The notes below the pieces were generated by a model that saw only the letters and a program-made list of their open reading frames with translations, did no database searches and was not told the DNA's origin. Shown here piece after piece: positions 38,150-51,560 of a DNA stretch of 64,000 nucleotides. Origin of the DNA: Octopus bimaculoides (lineage: Eukaryota). Position 1 is the stretch's first letter. Each line of letters begins with the position of its first letter. A program made the translations under genes and the position numbers. Location of the stretch: the NCBI RefSeq assembly GCF_001194135.2, contig NC_068981.1, forward strand, positions 93,084,779 to 93,148,778, given 5' to 3'.

Positions 38150-38455
38150 CATTATTTACATTATTTACATTATTTACAACTGACGGATATAAATGCCCTC
38201 ATCTTTGTTGCTAACACAACGTTTCGGCTGATATACCCTCCAGCCTTCAGCAGGTGTCTTGCGGAAGTTTCGAACCTGGGCTCTCATGCCTAAGGTATAT
38301 TTCGATGTTGTTGTTGTTATTATTATTATTAATATTATTATTATTATTATTACTATTATTATTATTTAGGTCACTGCCTGGAATCGAACTCGAAATCTTG
38401 GGATTAGTAGTCCGCGCTCTTAGCCACTACGCCCGCGCTCTTAACCACTACGCCA
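38150..38455 (-). mobile_element. tRNA-headed SINE-like element containing a hammerhead ribozyme fold
   Basis: Minus strand: A-box TGGCGTAGTGG (38445-38455, 5' end locally duplicated), B-box GTTCGATTCC (38380-38389), (AAT)n spacer, body, hammerhead at 38213-38258, then a tail of three tgtaaataa units (38152-38178). Confidence 0.75.
38213..38258 (-). ncRNA. Minimal type I hammerhead ribozyme-like fold (A6C variant, palindromic helix III)
   Basis: gacac-CTGCTGA-A-ggctg(gagggtatat)cagcc-GAAACGTT-gtgtt: helix I 5 bp (one G.U), helix II 5 bp perfect, helix III is the palindrome ACGT, cleavage triplet GUU. Confidence 0.7.
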
Positions 38456-39741
38456 TTTTCTTGATAAGCAATTGTTTTTATTCTTCCGACAGCCCAGTCT
38501 AGTAATAGTTTTACTGTACCATTATTTCTTATATGCTACAGAGATAACCTTTCTTTAGCATGATGATATTCTTGAACTTGTTTTACTGGGTGATGTTCGA
38601 TACTCATACTTATTAATTTTTATCAGTTTACAGTATAATTGCCATTTCTACGGTGTGTGTAATATACGAGATAATAATGCTGCATATGTTCCGTATACAT
38701 TTCATTTGACTCGGACCGTTTTTGTTTGCCGTCCTAGTCTCTATTTCAATCTTGCTCATATGCAATCACTGAGTATACTTTCACTTTTATTTATATTAAC
38801 CAAATAAGTGAAGGAGCTTGCTTCTTCCAGTTTTTGTTCTCCGATGATGATAGCTCAGGTTGTGCAACACGAATCGTGTTAGAACATCAATAAAACATGC
38901 GTTGCAAAATAACTTGCTAAGATCGTCTGCTCTGATGAAATAGTTTATTTACTATTGATATTAAAACACGGAACATTTGCAGGTAATTTTGACGTACCAG
39001 AATATTTCGTTATTATTTCTATTTCGCAATTCATCCGTGCTGCATTGTAGTTTTTAATTTTGAGAAGTACGGTATTTTGTGTAGTTGAAAAGAAAACTCA
39101 AAAGACTGGAATAATTCCAAAACAGTTAAATAATACCCGTATTCTCAAAGCTAAGCTGATACTATATTTTTTTTGTAATCTCCGATAAATAGCTAGACAC
39201 ATTGCGGGGAAAAAATTTCACAAAATGACTGTATTGGCGGTCGAGACACGATGTACAATAAACGTATTGTATGAATAATTTTGAAACAACGATACTGTTG
39301 CATAAGCTATTTGACGACTTTAGATTCTACTTTCAGTTTGAATCGTGACTTGAATTCAGATTTGGCCAATACTTTCTTCTTTTCGCACTACTTGCTCTAT
39401 CTAGCTCATATTCTCATTAAGTCAATATATTGCGCAATTCATCGTGTATTAGAAGATAAAATCCAATGATTTACGATCTTTTCAATGAAGGGTTGTCAAA
39501 CGAATAGCATTTTTATAAAGATTTTCTAAAACTTTTGTTTGTTTTTTCTCTATAACGTTTTCGAATTTTCTTTAGGTATTTTTGCATTACATTGAAATAA
39601 TGTGGAGTTTAATCTTGAATTTAGTAGTAAAAAGTTTTAATTCTTATGAAGAAATAAACGTTGAAGTCTTACAACCCACGATTTACACTGTTTGTGGTTA
39701 ATACAACTTTCAGTCTACTTGATATAATATGAATAATACCC

Positions 39742-39936
39742 AAGGCGGTGAGCTGGCAGAATCGTTTGCACGTCTGGTAAAATGCTTAGCAGCATTTCGT
39801 CCATCCTTATGTTCAGCCGAGGCCGACTTTGCATTTCATACTTTTGGTGTCGATAATATAATACCAGTTGAATAGCAGGATCAATTTAATGACATACTTC
39901 TACCCTGAAATTGTTGGCCATATGATAAAATTTGGC
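39742..39936 (+). mobile_element. SINE family A copy (tail type 3)
   Basis: aaggcggtgagctggcagaatcg...gccgactttgcatttcat...ataccagttga. Confidence 0.8.
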
Positions 39937-40049
39937 ATGAATATGAATAATGCTCCTTGATCGAGAGGGTTATGAACATTTTGCGTGAGATTAAATACCA
40001 ACACTACAATTTCAATGACTTCAGTGGATATCAACACTTTCAGATATAT

Positions 40050-40214
40050 ACTTAATGCTGATTTCAAATTGTGACTCAAGGCGAGCAATTTTCATCCTGA
40101 AATGATCAAAGACAAAGTCGACCGCGGTGGATCTTGAACTCAGAACTCAAAGACGGACGAAATGCCGTTAAGCATTTTACTCGGTGTGCTAAGGGTTCTG
40201 CTAGCTCGCCTTCT
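40050..40214 (-). mobile_element. SINE family A copy, inverted relative to 39742
   Basis: Reverse complement of aaggcgagctagcagaa...gttctgagttcaagatcc...gtcgactttgtctttgatc. Confidence 0.78.
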
Positions 40215-40224
40215 TGAAGATATA

Positions 40225-40376
40225 TAAGATACAGAAAATAAATTTATTTCTCAAACGCGTGATAATGCTATAAATAGCTTGATCAGGATAAATTATCTAT
40301 AAAATGCAGAAAAATACGTTACCGGCCAGCCAGCATTATCACGCGTTTGAGAAATAAATTTATTTTCTGTATCTTA
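40225..40376. mobile_element. 152-bp MITE-like element with perfect 45-bp terminal inverted repeats
   Basis: 40225-40269 is the exact reverse complement of 40332-40376; the arms begin and end with TA. Confidence 0.8.
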
Positions 40377-41661
40377 CAATACATCTCAAGGCTACTAAAG
40401 ACAAACTTTGTTTGTTTACTTTCATCGTAAAATTGAATTTGAAGATATATATTTAATATTAACATCATATCCCTCTCTTATTCTTTCGACTATATGTAAT
40501 ATGTTCCTTAAATTTCCAAGCAATATCTCAACGAGATAATGTTCATTCTATAATCTTCAAGTTACATTCGACAAGCTTATGAGATGATCGCTTCTGGTGT
40601 ATTATGATTTTCTGTATTGCCATTGAAAGTCAGAAAATATTTAGGCTCACACATGTAATCAATATTATAATTTGCTTCAAAATAACATCGAAAAGTGCGT
40701 AAGCTAGAGAGACAGTACACACAGCATCAATAGTTAATCTCATCATTATAACCAACATTATTAGTATGATTAATAAGTCACGTTTATCGTCATTAGATGC
40801 ACTCTCGTCAATATCATCAGCAGCACCACCACTACCAATACTACCATCATCATAATTATCAATATAGTCATCATTATCATTATCAGCATCATCACCATCG
40901 TCATCATCATCAGCAGCAGCAGCGGCAAAAATAAATGAAAAGATAAATTGAAATCAATAGTATTTGGCTTGTGTATTTTTGCCCTCAGAAATCGACATGA
41001 CGTGGTAAATACCGGAAAAAAATAATTAACATGAATTAAAAGTACATCATTATAATTCCATGAATAATTAATAGCGCCAGAAGCAGTATTAAAACCAAAA
41101 GTTAATCTTTATCTCCAACATAACGGGAAGGTTGTGCTAGGACACAGAATATAACGTTATTTACCTTGCGAGAATCTCCCATAAGGGATTGTGATGCATA
41201 ACAGCACTCGTAATTATATCGTTGACTAGCAAGAACTGTCTGCTGCGGCCGCCAGGACAGTAAGATCACGCGATTTCACTGTCCTATACGTTCCTCAGTT
41301 ATTGATGTTCAGTAGCGCGATAACAGCTGTATCTCCCGTCAAAGAGATATAGACTCCTAGCCACTATCCAGGCATTGGTACCGCAAATAGCCAGCTTCTA
41401 ATTTAAGATAGATATAGAAGTAATTCTATGGCTTTTATATTTAAATATAACAAATAATTCCTTTGACAACTTAAAATGTTTTTGTTCTTTTGTTTCTATG
41501 TTGTTGGTTGTGTAATAGTTTCGAATAACCGTATGTAATATAGCAGTAGAATGTTAACCATAACTTCTGTCAGCCCGTCAACTTATATCTACTCTTGTCA
41601 TACAGACTTTCAATAGTAGTGAAAGTACAGCCGAATCTAATACTATAAGTTCTTTTCATTT

Positions 41662-41876
41662 TTTATTCTTTTACTTCAGTCATTTGACTGCAGCCATGCA
41701 GGAGCACCGCTTTGGAAAGTTTTTAATCAAACGTATGGACCCCAAGTTATATTTTTAAGCCTAGTAGTTACTCTATATCTTTCTTTTGCCGAACTGCTAG
41801 GGTACGGGGACGTAAGCACCCCAACACCAGTTGATTAGCGGTGATGGGGGAACAAAAACATACACAAAGACATGCA

Positions 41877-41910
<34 letters not shown>

Positions 41911-41935
41911 CATGCATATATAATACATATATGCA

Positions 41936-41983
<48 letters not shown>

Positions 41984-42379
41984 NNNNNNNNNNNNNNNNN
42001 NNNNNNNNNNNNNNNNNNNNNNNNNNNNNNNNNNNNNNNNNNNNNNNNNNNNNNNNNNNNNNNNNNNNNNNNNNNNNNNNNNNNNNNNNNNNNNNNNNNN
42101 NNNNNNNNNNNNNNNNNNNNNNNNNNNNNNNNNNNNNNNNNNNNNNNNNNNNNNNNNNNNNNNNNNNNNNNNNNNNNNNNNNNNNNNNNNNNNNNNNNNN
42201 NNNNNNNNNNNNNNNNNNNNNNNNNNNNNNNNNNNNNNNNNNNNNNNNNNNNNNNNNNNNNNNNNNNNNNNNNNNNNNNNNNNNNNNNNNNNNNNNNNNN
42301 NNNNNNNNNNNNNNNNNNNTATATATATATATATATATACATATATACATATATATATACATGTATGTATGTGTGTGTG

Positions 42380-42412
<33 letters not shown>

Positions 42413-42580
42413 ATACACATACACGACGGGCTTCTTTCAATTTCGCTCTACCAAATCCACCCACAAGAATTTAGTCGACAGAAGGTTATAATAGAATACA
42501 ATTGCCCTAGATTCCACCGAGTGGGACTGAACACGGGACCATGTGGTTGGGACGCATCCTTCTCACCACACATCCATACC
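41662..42580 (-). mobile_element. SINE family B (tRNA head, CORE-like segment, internal CA/TA microsatellite containing a gap)
   Basis: Shares cagtcatttgactgc.gccatg..ggagcac.gc, gacgggctt.tttca and accaaatccac with 55920-56338 and 63229-63630. Confidence 0.85.
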
Positions 42581-44365
42581 TGATTGCTGAATGTTATGAT
42601 CAATCTTTTCCCATGATTATACGAGACATACGTTTATCTTCAAGTGATATACTTCTAAAAGCTAGTGAGGATCACATCTTACTAATATTTTCACGATATA
42701 AAAGGCGATATAGTAAACGGAGATTTGAGACTGATACCCGATTTCACTTCCAAACAGATATAAGTTAATTGAATTGCGATGATAACGTAACATAAAAATG
42801 TAATAATTCAAATCCTAATTCTGCGTCTGAAATATTGGTTCTTTTATTCTGTTGATGGATAATATTTTATTATGTGTTTTGTCAAGGATGTTTGCTATGA
42901 TTCAAAACATTGAAGAACCCATGTTTAATTTTTATTGAAATGATATTTTTTCAGTTAATGGGAAGTCAAGCTTGCAATGGGCAGTGTTCAGCTGGTTTCG
43001 ATTCTACATTTTCGGTTACATGTCTTTATTTTACAAAACAAGAAAATTAACACACATGTCTAACACCAGAAACGTTAGGAGAAACATCATCATATATGTC
43101 CAGTCTATATTGATTGTTATATTTATTTTTGAATAAATGCAATGTCATCTATGTAATACATAATCAATACTAAACCTGAATGCTGTGCTTTTGTCGGCGC
43201 GTCGAACACGGGTATTAATGTACAATAATTCACTTGACCAGAATATAAAGTTTATTACAAGGTATTGTAACAGTCAGTTGTATAAATATTCGGATATAAA
43301 TACACATGTTTAAAGAAAGAACCCTAAGTATCTTCTACTTATACCATTAATACGGTGAAACTTCTGAAAAGACAACGTGAAAAAATATAATCCGTTCATT
43401 TAATTCACAAACATGCGAATGTTAAAAGTAAAAGTGTTGACAATTTCATGTCTACCGACTTCTGTCTGTTCTGTTTATTTCTAGATTACTTAGGTGAATT
43501 CTCAGATTTTAACTTCTATGGTGACATCACTAATTATCTGACTTGCGCCATCTGTTATTATCTTTCACCATCAATCTGCATCTGTTAGTGTACTTACTTG
43601 ACACCTACTCTCTCCAATGTGTCTGTCTCAATCTCTTTCATTATCTATGCCACTTACCCCCTCTCTTTATCTATCTTTGTCCTCTCGTGGTATTCGACTT
43701 TATACACTCACTATCTATGTATTTACCGGCTGCCAAAATAACTCAGCCTACAAGTGTATCCATTCAATGTTTGAGTAATTTCAAGATTGGGTAATCTGTC
43801 TCGCTCTTCTTGATACGAATTGGTATTTCGACTCTGATCACGTTAACATTTGAACATAGGTTTATCATGTTCGAACACTCAGTTTCCTTTCAGTTTTAAT
43901 GGGTCTGAGTTTGTACATCCCAGCGAGACCACCCTGTAATTTGTGGGAAGGCGGGAGAGTGGATGTAGTTTGAGAGATATTAAGCTGTTGTTTCTTGCAG
44001 ATCGAACGACTACCTATGAATCACTCAACTTTAATGGCATTTGTTTGCATTATGACTATAGTTTCGTCTTGTTAAAAGAATTTTAGCTTCCCTGAAATAC
44101 TTGTGTCAAACTGCAATGAAATTGTAAGCTTTTTTATATTGTTGTTTAACTTTGGTGTATCATATATGTCGTAGTGCTTTGCTTGATATAACCATGTTGT
44201 ACACGGCATCATGTTTGGTCGGTACATACTTCTGGCAGTCAAATGCATATCATCGTCTGGTTCATGAGAATTTTTAGCAACGTCAGCTCTCTTTCATGTA
44301 TTCCGACCCGAATACTAGGAGTAAGAAGTCGCTATCATTGCTTCAAGGTGTGCTAACGTCATCTT

Positions 44366-45566
44366 CGAGGGTGGGCTGAAATGTTCATAGACTGACAGTG
44401 AAGGAATGACGCTAGAGCTGTGATATCTTGCATGCATTAATTTCAGCAGGTCTTATTAATAACTATGTTCTTTCTATGAAGGCAAACTGACATCTCACTG
44501 TTCAAAGAAGACATAAAAAGTAACTAGGAGGGAATTACCTTGAAAATTTACAAAATTTGACATCGTGTTATTAACGAGTACCTACAGGAAAAGGGTTGAG
44601 CCCTCAAGGTCACTCATGCTGACATGGTTGCTGCATTGGTGGGTGGTGACAATCCAGTTTCGACCGGCTGAAGTTAGGAAAGGAAGGAAGAATCCTGAAG
44701 ATGACCCAAGGTCTCAACGTCCTGCAGCTGCCAACACCGATGAAAATATTGATCGTGTTCACCAGACTGTGAGAGCGTTGAGGATATTCTTCACAATAAA
44801 CTTAGCATGACGAAAGTTTCTGGTAGGTTGGTCTTCTGACATAGATCAAAAGCGCCTGATCACATCACGGAAACATCTGACGTTCTTTTAAAACAGGATC
44901 AGCTGATTTTCTCGGGTGTTTCCTAATCCAGGATGAGCGTTCGATTTATCATTTTGAGTCAGAGGAAAGGGGACACTTCCTGCTGTGGAAACACCTATTC
45001 CTCACCTGCTCCAAAGAAGACCAAAGTCATTTCATCTGCAGAGAGGTGGATGGCCTCAGTTTTTAGGGGTGCATATAGGATTGTGCTTATTGACTGTCTT
45101 GAAAAGGACCACGTCATCAATGGCGAGTATTATAGAAACTTGCTGAGGCATATACGCAAGAATATCACAACAAAATGACCAGGAAATCTGAAGGAAGTGG
45201 TCTTGTTTCATTAGGACAATGTTCCAACACACAATTCCTTGCTGTCAATGGCTGCTGTGCATGACTGTAGCTTTGAACTTGTTGATCAGCATCCCCATTG
45301 TCTTGATTTGGCCCCATCTGGCTATCACCTTTCTGTAACATGAACAAACAATGCTGGGAACCAGTATCGCAGTGATAATGAGTCTTTTCAGTTGTTGGTG
45401 ACTTTTCCGAGCCACAAAGTTTCTTAACCAAAGGGATCCAAGCACTGCAACACCACTTGAAGAAGTATGTGCACTGCAAGGGGTATTATGTTAAATAATA
45501 ATAGTCGTTTGGTCATATTCCGCGAGACTATCATGGTCAGTCTATGAACTTTTCAACTGACCCTCG
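44366..45566 (+). mobile_element. Tc1/mariner transposon, near full length (1201 bp), decayed
   Basis: TIRs cgagggtgggctgaaatgttcatagactgac and (reverse complement) cgagggtcagttgaaaagttcatagactgac; TA at 45567-45568. Motifs EDDPRSQRP, QDERSIYHF, KKTKVISSA..MASVF, DNVPTH, DLAPSGYHL. Confidence 0.92.
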
Positions 45567-46349
45567 TAGACTAAGGCAAAATACAAAATATGATTTAAAC
45601 CACTAGAGAAATCTTCTTCATTTCTAATTCTCGTTCTTCATTGATGTAAACTTACCTACACCTACCTTCAGTTATATAGACTTATCTAAAGTTATTTTAG
45701 CTGTCCAAGTTATGCCCCATATTCAAACTGTCGTGTAAAAAGCAAATTCCATGCTTAAGCAGATTCCAGTGTCGGTACTCATGCTGCACAATGAATAACA
45801 GTTTAAAAGACATCCAGTTATTCTAACTGAAAGTTTCCCTCTCACGGTCTTCTAAATGCATATGCCTCCTCCATTCCTTTCTAAGCAAGTGTATATAACA
45901 ATAACTATTCGACCATATCACTTTTTGTATCTTGACCAATTACCTCGCCTTTACCCTGCTTTGAACCCATCGTTCCTTGTGCCTTCGGTGGTAAAATCTC
46001 TTCTTGACTCATACATTTTCATTTCATACGCACACTGTCAATTCAAATACAGAATCTGTCACAATCTTCATCTCACTTCATCATTGCAATCTAATCCTTA
46101 GGGACATCTTTTTTCCAATACATTTGAATGTTTCTTTCAACACTATGTTTCTAAATTAGTTTCGACTATTCATCCTGTTACGTTAAGTAATTGAAGAAAC
46201 ATTTGTAATTACAATCGACCAATCAAGATCTCATATTATTTCCAAACCAGACGGGGAGTGTGCATGCTAAAAGAGCAGGAAATGTTCATTAAATTATATC
46301 CTCCTATCTCAAAAGGATATAGTGAATAACGTAATCCAAAGCAGAATAC

Positions 46350-46445
46350 TTGGAAATTGTATGCTATGGTCATATTTTGAATGCTTTTCATTATTGCTCC
46401 ATTCATGCAGTAAACATCAACAGCATCACCAACAAGATACAAGAA
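46350..46445 (-). CDS. Candidate 96-nt symmetric host exon (FLYLVGDAVDVYCMNGAIMKSIQNMTIAYNFQ)
   Basis: Strong acceptor aaattttctcccttttAG (46446-46447), open frame, possible donor CAA|gtattc. The frame stays open to 46236. No recognised domain. Confidence 0.3.
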
Positions 46446-47242
46446 CTAAAAGGGAGAAAATTTGAGATATAAAAACACTAAATGGGAAACCAATAAATAT
46501 CATTCTACGTTGTCGTTTGGCACGCGTAAATATCCTTTAAAAGATTCGAATGCAATTTAAAATGAAATTGAGAAAATTGAGATGCTTCCATAGGAAAAAA
46601 GATGGAATGCATGTCCAAGACATTTGGTAATTACTGAGCTGCTGCAGAGCAGATTTGAGGTTGAGTAAAACACACACAATGCGTGTGTGTGTGTGTGTTA
46701 ATGTGTGTGAGAATGTGCGTGTGTGTGAGTGTGTGTGTGTGTCGATATATATCATATACGTATATGTTTATATATGCATATATTATGATATTTATACATA
46801 CGTGTGTATGCATATATATCTATATAAACTAGCTTTTTTTAATTATCAGAGTTTCCATAATAATTTAAATACGTGCAGCATACTCGGAGTGTGCATCATT
46901 TTTGTTCACACGCAATCAAATTCATTTAAGTTATTGATACACTGAGGAAAACGTCTCAATGCAACAACCCTTTAGGTTTCCTGACCATCTAAATTCCGCG
47001 AGTTATCTTTATCATAAACGTACAGGTTTGTGGTTTCAGACTATATTTGAATTTAAATAAATGTTATACAACGAGACTATAATTTTTGTTGACATTCTAT
47101 TTCATTTTAAACCAAGTTTAAACTTTTAATCAGACATTTATTTGAACATGAACCAATATAAACATCAATAAAACGGTTTCCTATTCCACTTCCTTTTACA
47201 TTTCATCTCTTTCATAATTTTTTTGCATATCATTTCTGCACC

Positions 47243-47395
47243 GTTGTTGTTGTTATTGTTGTTCTTCTTCTTCTTCTTCTCCTCCTCCTCCTCCTCCTTC
47301 TTTTTCTTCTTCTTCTTCTTCTTCTTCTTCTTCTTCTTCAGTTTATCATCATCATCATCATCATCTTCATCATCATCATCGTCATCATCATCACC
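47243..47395. repeat. Compound (GTT)/(TTC)/(TCC)/(TCA) trinucleotide microsatellite
   Basis: Direct reading. Confidence 0.95.
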
Positions 47396-47962
47396 AAAAA
47401 CAACAACATCGTCAACATAATTTTCTACTCCGTCTTCATTTTTTTCTCATTTTCTCTCCTTTATATTTGTACTATTACTACTAATATAACTAACAATATT
47501 GCAGTTGCTGTTAATGCTACTACTACCCTTACCATTAATTTTGGAAGTTCTAATTCTCTGATTTCATCATTTTTTTCCAATTTTTCTTTTCTTTTTATTT
47601 CTTCTCTTCAATGTATATATGTTTTGATATTTTCAATCCTACGTCATTATTCATTTTATTACTGAGACTAGAATGAAGTTTATAGAAATTTCAAATGTTC
47701 TCTCTTTTTTTTCTTCATTTTTAGTGTGGATGTAATAAAGGAGCTTATCAAATAGTGTGGGTGAAATTAATTATATTTAAATCTCCTATAAAATCAATCA
47801 TTGACTGAGAAATAAACGCGGTCGTTTCTTGAACTTTCAACTTAGATGAAGTCATTCACATTTATTTCAGATGCACAGATTCTGAAAACGTTCACCGGTA
47901 CATACCACCATCAGACAACGGACGTTTTCTCACGTTGAAGCAACATATATATATATATATGC

Positions 47963-48029
<67 letters not shown>

Positions 48030-48532
48030 CGTGTGTATATACATATATATATATATGCGTGTGTGCGTGTGTGTGTATGCATATATGTCACCCTGTGTGT
48101 TTCTATGCGTCTGTGTGCCTATCCATATGTTGGAATTTGTTTCCTCTTTTGTCTTTTTATTACAAAAATGTCCTTTGACCTTTTATATTGACAGCATGCA
48201 CTACCGGTACATTCTACTCAGATGAAGACTTCAATATTACCGCAGGATAGCAATCACTAATGTAATTATTTAAAATGGATGTCCTGCGCAATCGAATACA
48301 GCAGAAATCGATTACCGAGGCAACAGCATTACCCTCCTGGTAACTATTCATTTGGCAATAGAATTAATATTTTATCAAGACAATATTAAATATGTGATTT
48401 CTTTTATAACTCTAAACACATGTGACAGTATTAACACACGCCCATTGAAACACAAATACACGCACACTTGCACATACATGTATGCATAGAACGCATACAA
48501 ATACACACACACAAACACACACACACACACAT

Positions 48533-48585
<53 letters not shown>

Positions 48586-50228
48586 NNNNNNNNNNNNNNN
48601 NNNNNNNNNNNNNNNNNNNNNNNNNNNNNNNNNNNNNNNNNNNNNNNNNNNNNNNNNNNNNNNNNNNNNNNNNNNNNNNNNNNNNNNNNNNNNNNNNNNN
48701 NNNNNNNNNNNNNNNNNNNNNNNNNNNNNNNNNNNNNNNNNNNNNNNNNNNNNNNNNNNNNNNNNNNNNNNNNNNNNNNNNNNNNNNNNNNNNNNNNNNN
48801 NNNNNNNNNNNNNNNNNNNNNNNNNNNNNNNNNNNNNNNNNNNNNNNNNNNNNNNNNNNNNNNNNNNNNNNNNNNNNNNNNNNNNNNNNNNNNNNNNNNN
48901 NNNNNNNNNNNNNNNNNNNNNNNNNNNNNNNNNNNNNNNNNNNNNNNNNNNNNNNNNNNNNNNNNNNNNNNNNNNNNNNNNNNNNNNNNNNNNNNNNNNN
49001 NNNNNNNNNNNNNNNNNNNNNNNNNNNNNNNNNNNNNNNNNNNNNNNNNNNNNNNNNCACTAATTATTATTGGTGTAAATCTGATTTTATCATTTTTGTA
49101 TAGAAACTGAAGTTTTCGAAGCAATTGTCTGTAGCTATTCACATCAGCAGAGCAGCTGACTTATATGTCGTTACGTACATTTCTTTCCTCTCCTGGACAA
49201 CGATATCGCATCTATTATGCTGGCCCTTTGTAGACGTTTCAATGAGAATTTTCCACCAATATTTCAGATGCCGATATTTTTAAAGTACGTATTAAATAGC
49301 TGTGTCCAGGAACGTATGTATGTATATATGTTTGTTTGTATGTATGTATGTATGTATGTATGTATGTATGTATGTATGCTAGAGGGCATGCACGTATGTA
49401 GATAGGTAGGCAGATAGGTGACTTGGTACGTCGATCCCACTGTTGGTAGGTAGGTAATAGTGAGTGTATCTGTATGTGTGAGAGCTTATATGTGTGTACA
49501 TAATTTTTTTTTGTGGTCAAATGGTGAAATTGAAAAATGTATTTTATTGAAGATTATAAATATATACTGGTTCTCAGATTATCAAGTAAAGGTATATATC
49601 GATGGTGTGTTTACAACACACACACACACACACACACACAGACACACACATACACACACACATATATATATATACATATACACATGCATAGATATGTTTC
49701 TATATATATGTGTATATTTATGAAGTGTATATGCATGTGTATATATATACATATACATATGTATATGTAAATATATACGTATATATACATATGCATATAC
49801 ATGCGTGTGTGTGTGTATGTGTGTGTGTGTAAGTGTGTGTGTGTGTGTATTAAATAGTTTAGCAAATTCAGCCATTGTAAGCCATGATCTTTTTTGTACT
49901 ACGTATGTTGTAAATAATTGTTTTTGTTTTTGTTTTTTGGGGCTTACATAGTGTATTTCAAAATTTACTGCTTCTTTCTCTTTCAAAGTTTGTAAGTTTT
50001 AAGTACAGCAAATCACTTTAATCACTCTGGTACCATTATACATGTTCTACAATGTTATGATTCCTACATGAAAGAAGGCTGGAAGTCATATATGAAATTA
50101 TTTGAAGCTATTTTAATTGGACTATTTTAATTGAAGCTATTTTAATTTATACCAACTTTACTAACTGAAAGAGTTTTCAAAAATTTGGTAGACATAAACG
50201 CACGTCAATGTGAAAATGTATTCCTATG

Positions 50229-50264
<36 letters not shown>

Positions 50265-50526
50265 NNNNNNNNNNNNNNNNNNNNNNNNNNNNNNNNNNNN
50301 NNNNNNNNNNNNNNNNNNNNNNNNNNNNNNNNNNNNNNNNNNNNNNTATATACACATACATTAATATAAAGAGGTAGGTGCAATGTGATACTATAAAGGA
50401 AAAATTCAATCGTCACCAAGTGTGACTATACACACACACACATACATATATGTATATATACATATGGGTGTGTATGTGTGTGTGTGTGTACTTGTATATG
50501 TGTGTGTGTGTGTGTGTGTGTACTTG

Positions 50527-50561
<35 letters not shown>

Positions 50562-51247
50562 ATGAAGTAGGTTCTGACAGAAATCAGTATCTAATGTATA
50601 ACTAATGTATAATCGCTACTTCGATAACAATAGCTGACGTTAACCACCAGACATATCTATGAGCTATTTTCTGAGATGTCCAATAATCAATGGTAGACAT
50701 CTTAAAATTAAAGTTGATGTTATCTTCTTAATTTCTTAATAGTGTAATATGTAAGAACCTATGTATGAAATAAAAAATGAAACTGGTTATCTCTCACTAT
50801 ACCAAGAATTCATAAAAAGAAGCATATCAAAGAAAGGAATAGTTATATTATTGTTTGTGTTACTGCGGCAGTTTTATTTTGTGTCTTTAAATTTGGTAGT
50901 AAAATAATTATTTACTGTTATATTTTTTATATATTTATTCATTCGTACAAATATATATGATAGAAAGGCAGAAATTGTTAAGCATTTACTGCATCCCAAC
51001 TGTGAAACCAAAATTTAAAGGTTAATACATGCTGTGGTGTGAAAAAAGAAAAGCTAATATTCAAACAATTTTTATATTTATGCCAGCTTCATCAGAGATC
51101 GGTTACATATTTACTGACCACAACAATTATAGTAGCTTACAGTTATTTGTAGTAAGCACGAAAGATGATACTATGACGTTACTCAATCAAGTGTTCATTG
51201 ATTCATTGCTAGGCTGTTGCATGATTTAAATTGACATGTATGCAATT

Positions 51248-51375
51248 AGAGGCTTAGTGGCAAATAGATTGCTGTGACGTAATCGTTCCGGTTCTCTGCA
51301 CACTGAATTCAAATCACGCAGCGAAGTTTAATTTTTAACCTTTCAGGGCGCATCGATAAACAACTACTCTTGTAC
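51248..51375 (+). mobile_element. Degenerate SINE family A fragment
   Basis: ctgaattcaaatcacgc...aacctttcagggcgcatcgataaa resembles the family A B-box and core. Confidence 0.35.
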
Positions 51376-51521
51376 TAAGATCGATTGCATGCATTCTCTC
51401 CCTCTTTCTTTGTCTCTGTTTGTTTGCTTCTTGTCCTGAAAGAAATTTCCATGGAGAAGTATGGGTTCTGGTAGCTAAAAGAAATACCCACAACACGTGA
51501 TATGTCACAACAGATATATGT

Positions 51522-51560
<39 letters not shown>

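Noticed and set aside
38369-38455. Functional tRNA gene
   Set aside because: It has A and B boxes, but the 5' end is duplicated, acceptor-stem pairing is poor, and it is embedded in a longer element. Treated as a SINE head, like the other tRNA-like heads.
43470-43500. 9-nt microexon tttctAG|ATTACTTAG|GTgaat
   Set aside because: Such short signal pairs are expected by chance in AT-rich DNA.
47870-47920. Hammerhead-like CTGATGG...GAACGTT on the minus strand
   Set aside because: The core is broken at two conserved positions and helix I does not pair.
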